Source: Atractiella rhizophila
Taxonomy: Eukaryota
NCBI GenBank assembly: GCA_021432655.1
Contig: MU271544.1
Location: 1 to 46,803 of the forward strand
Reading direction: 5' to 3'
Length of the DNA: 46,803 bases
In this document: positions 44,176-46,803 of the stretch, in pieces
How positions within the stretch are numbered: the stretch's first letter is position 1
Layout: each line of letters opens with the position of its first letter
Made by a program: the position numbers and the translations under genes
Notes under the pieces: generated by a model
Database searches by the model: none
Seen by the model: the letters and a program-made list of their open reading frames with translations, nothing else
Told to the model about the DNA's origin: nothing

Positions 44176-46803
44176 CAGTGTTCGCACTGACAGCTTTACT
44201 TTACCAGTAATTTACTAGTAAAGTACCTGAAGCTTGATGGGGACTGGTAAAGTAAATAAGGTTTGAGGTAAGGTAATCATAATACTTAAGTTCTAAGATC
44301 GGCACCTTGACTCAGAACTAAAGCGGCTCAAGCCGAATTCGGAGGAGGAGTTGTACCTGCCCTCGGGCAGTTGTAAATCACATGATTGAGCTAGGTCCCC
44401 TATGACTTGAAAATGCGAACCCTGTGATAGGAAATTAGTTGTCTGAAAAAAAATTTGAGATAAAATTCGACAAAGTCCATTCAAACTTGCTCAAACCTGC
44501 TGAAACCACAGTTCTGTCAGCTGAAATGCCACGATCTTCCAATAGGCATCTCCTTCATGACTACTACTATAGAGTCCCACGCCAGCGAGGAAATGAGAGA
44601 CTTCACTGCCTTGGATGTTTATCAGTGAAGAAGAATGAAATCGAGAGGCGCCTCTCTGCTCCTGGATCAGAGGGAGAGTTAGCAAAGTATTGTGACCAAA
44701 CAGAGAGGGAGAAAATTATTAGGCAGCCAATGAAGTGAGCCTTGGCCATCAGCACACTGTCATTGCTCGTCATAAAGAGATGTCAGGGCACCTACACACC
44801 CGCATGAACATTGATACTGAGGTTCAACAATATGGGCAGGCTGTGTTCGACTTTATTCAACGAAAAAAAGGGATGGAGGTAAGTGTTTTTGTAGATTTAC
44901 TCTCAGGGTGGCCTAACAACTTGTCAGCCAGTACCTCCTTCAAGTTCAAATCATCAACATACTCACACTTCTCACACCCCTTCTAACACCAGGTCTAATG
45001 TCTCTCCCTTAACCTTGCTGCCTCGTCCTGTCCCTTCTCCAGCCCCTCCTGATGCCCCGTCGATGCACAGCTCGCAAACAATCCTTACTACACGGTCCCT
45101 TCAATGCCTTTGTCCACAAAGGCAGTGGAAGATTGGAAGGGCCAGCTGTGCAAAGCTACCGCTTCAGCTGGCCTTCCATTTCAGTGGATTGAGAATCCTG
45201 CTGCACGAAAGTGCTTTACGATTTTGCGGCCTGCAGTGGAAGAACACTTTCCTTCAGCCAGATCCTTGATGGCGGGATACTAAATCGAGTGACAAATAGT
45301 GAGGATCTGAATCAGAAGACAAAGCTGCAACATACAGATCATCAGTGGGTGGGAATAGGAGAAGATGGTTGGTCAAAGGGGAAGACTCAGTTGGCTGCAT
45401 TTATAACTAGTTACATTGCTGACAGGGGAAGCACCATTCACATATCCATGCTGTTATTGATATTACAGGGCAGCCAAAGGATGCAAACACCCTAACAAGG
45501 CACTTGACAGAACAGGTGATGAAGGTGGAGAGTGAGGAATATGGAGGACGGACAAGTTATATTGTGACGGATGATGGAGGTGAGTGCATGAAAAATAGGA
45601 AGAATCTGTTGCATACCATGCCTTGGATCCTTTTGCTTTTTTGCTGGGCACACCAGGTATGAATTGATCTCGCTTTGAAATGTATTCATTGACAGTAAAT
45701 CAGATTAATTTGATTGTTGGTGACTTCCTCAAAGCAGATGTCCAGTTTCTTGAGACGATTAAAACCGCAACATCTATTGCAACTTGGTTCAATAATCACA
45801 ACAGAGCCCTGGAATGGCTACAAAAGAAGCAGGAGCAAAATGGGCTAAAACCAGTCGTCTTTATCCTTACCGTCATCACTCGCTGGAAAACACATTTTCT
45901 TTGTCTCAATCGGCTCCTCCGCTTACACAGGCACCTTGGTTCTTTGGTGTGGGACAAAAAGGATGAATTAATCAAAACGGCTGGTTCTGGTGCTGCAAAG
46001 GCAAGTGTGAAGAAAATGCTGCAGGAAATAGAACAGTCTGGAATCGGGTCGAAATGGTTCAAAATCAGTTGTGCCCCCTTGCAATAGCAGCAAATGTCGC
46101 TCAAGGTGACTCCTCGTGTTTATACACCATTCTTCTCATGCTGGGACAACTTTTCAACCATTACTTTGATCCTACAACCTCCATCCCTCCTAGCCTTCAA
46201 AGAGCTCTGCTTACAAGCCTCGAGAAACGTTGGAATCGTGCAGATCAACTCATTTTCATTTTTGACGTTGTTTTGCATCCCGCCTTGCGTACTGAAGCTT
46301 TCTCACCAAGTCACACTCATGGCCCTCCTTTTCCATTCAGAGCAGGTTGCAAAACGAATTTTGCTAAGGTGGACAGCAGAGGATCATGATGCCTTCAAGA
46401 AATCAATGACCGATTACCTGGCTCAGAAAGGGGATTTTCACCCTGAGGTGATGGAATAGGTCACGCAGAAACTGACAGGCACTTCTCCTCAAGACCCATT
46501 GACTTTCTGGAACTTTGTTGACACCAGCTGACATGCCCAGCTACTTGAATTTTCTGTTCGAATTCTATCCATTGTCCTGAACATGGCCTTTCTCGAGCAT
46601 ATTTTTTCCAAAATGGGTCACCTGAAACCGAAGCACCGCCACTGATGAGGAACCTCCAAACATCCAAAGCTTACCCGCCTTGCAATCCGGATTGCGGAGG
46701 ACAAAAAAATCAACACAAAAGCAAGGAAGTCATCAAGGAAGTGTCGAAATTTTGGGAGCCTGGACTCAGCTCTACAAGACTTGGTGAATGATGATGATGG
46801 AAG
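44176..46803 (+). mobile_element. Decayed hAT-family DNA transposon (runs off the window)
   Basis: Fragments HCLGC, EDGWSK, QINLIVGDFLK, WFNNH, VITRW, PLAIAANVAQGD, LEKRW, VLHP, LEHIFSKMG with many stops and frameshifts; CAGTGTTCG and TTTAC/GTAAA repeats at the left end. Confidence 0.8.

Overview
Eukaryotic, intron-rich fungal DNA (basidiomycete-like, ~50-60 nt GT-AG introns). Left to right it holds: a patatin-NB(STAND)-TPR fungal NLR with 12 near-identical 120-bp repeats, allantoinase, a decayed spherulin/cupin gene, two tandem F-box-like paralogs and a multi-exon AAA+ ATPase. The right half is transposon-dense: a 20-bp TCGTACGA tandem array, a complete 10.1-kb Ty3/Gypsy element nested beside a tyrosine-recombinase retroelement remnant, and a decayed hAT. 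Two gap-adjacent blocks (2013-2664 and ~22885-29785) are written as mirror sequence (reversed but not complemented), almost certainly a gap-filling artifact. Decoded, they supply the missing half of the NLR patatin domain and hide G6PD, an Atg44/mitofissin-like gene and the 3' end of a DDX60-like helicase. The best candidate for undescribed biology is inside the Ty3 element: a 4-exon, ~551-aa spliced gene antisense to gag-pol, with its own TATA box, bracketed by two copies of the polypurine tract. The same element has a gag-protease/pol junction with a predicted -1 frameshift pseudoknot. All calls come from reading the sequence by eye; no searches were run.
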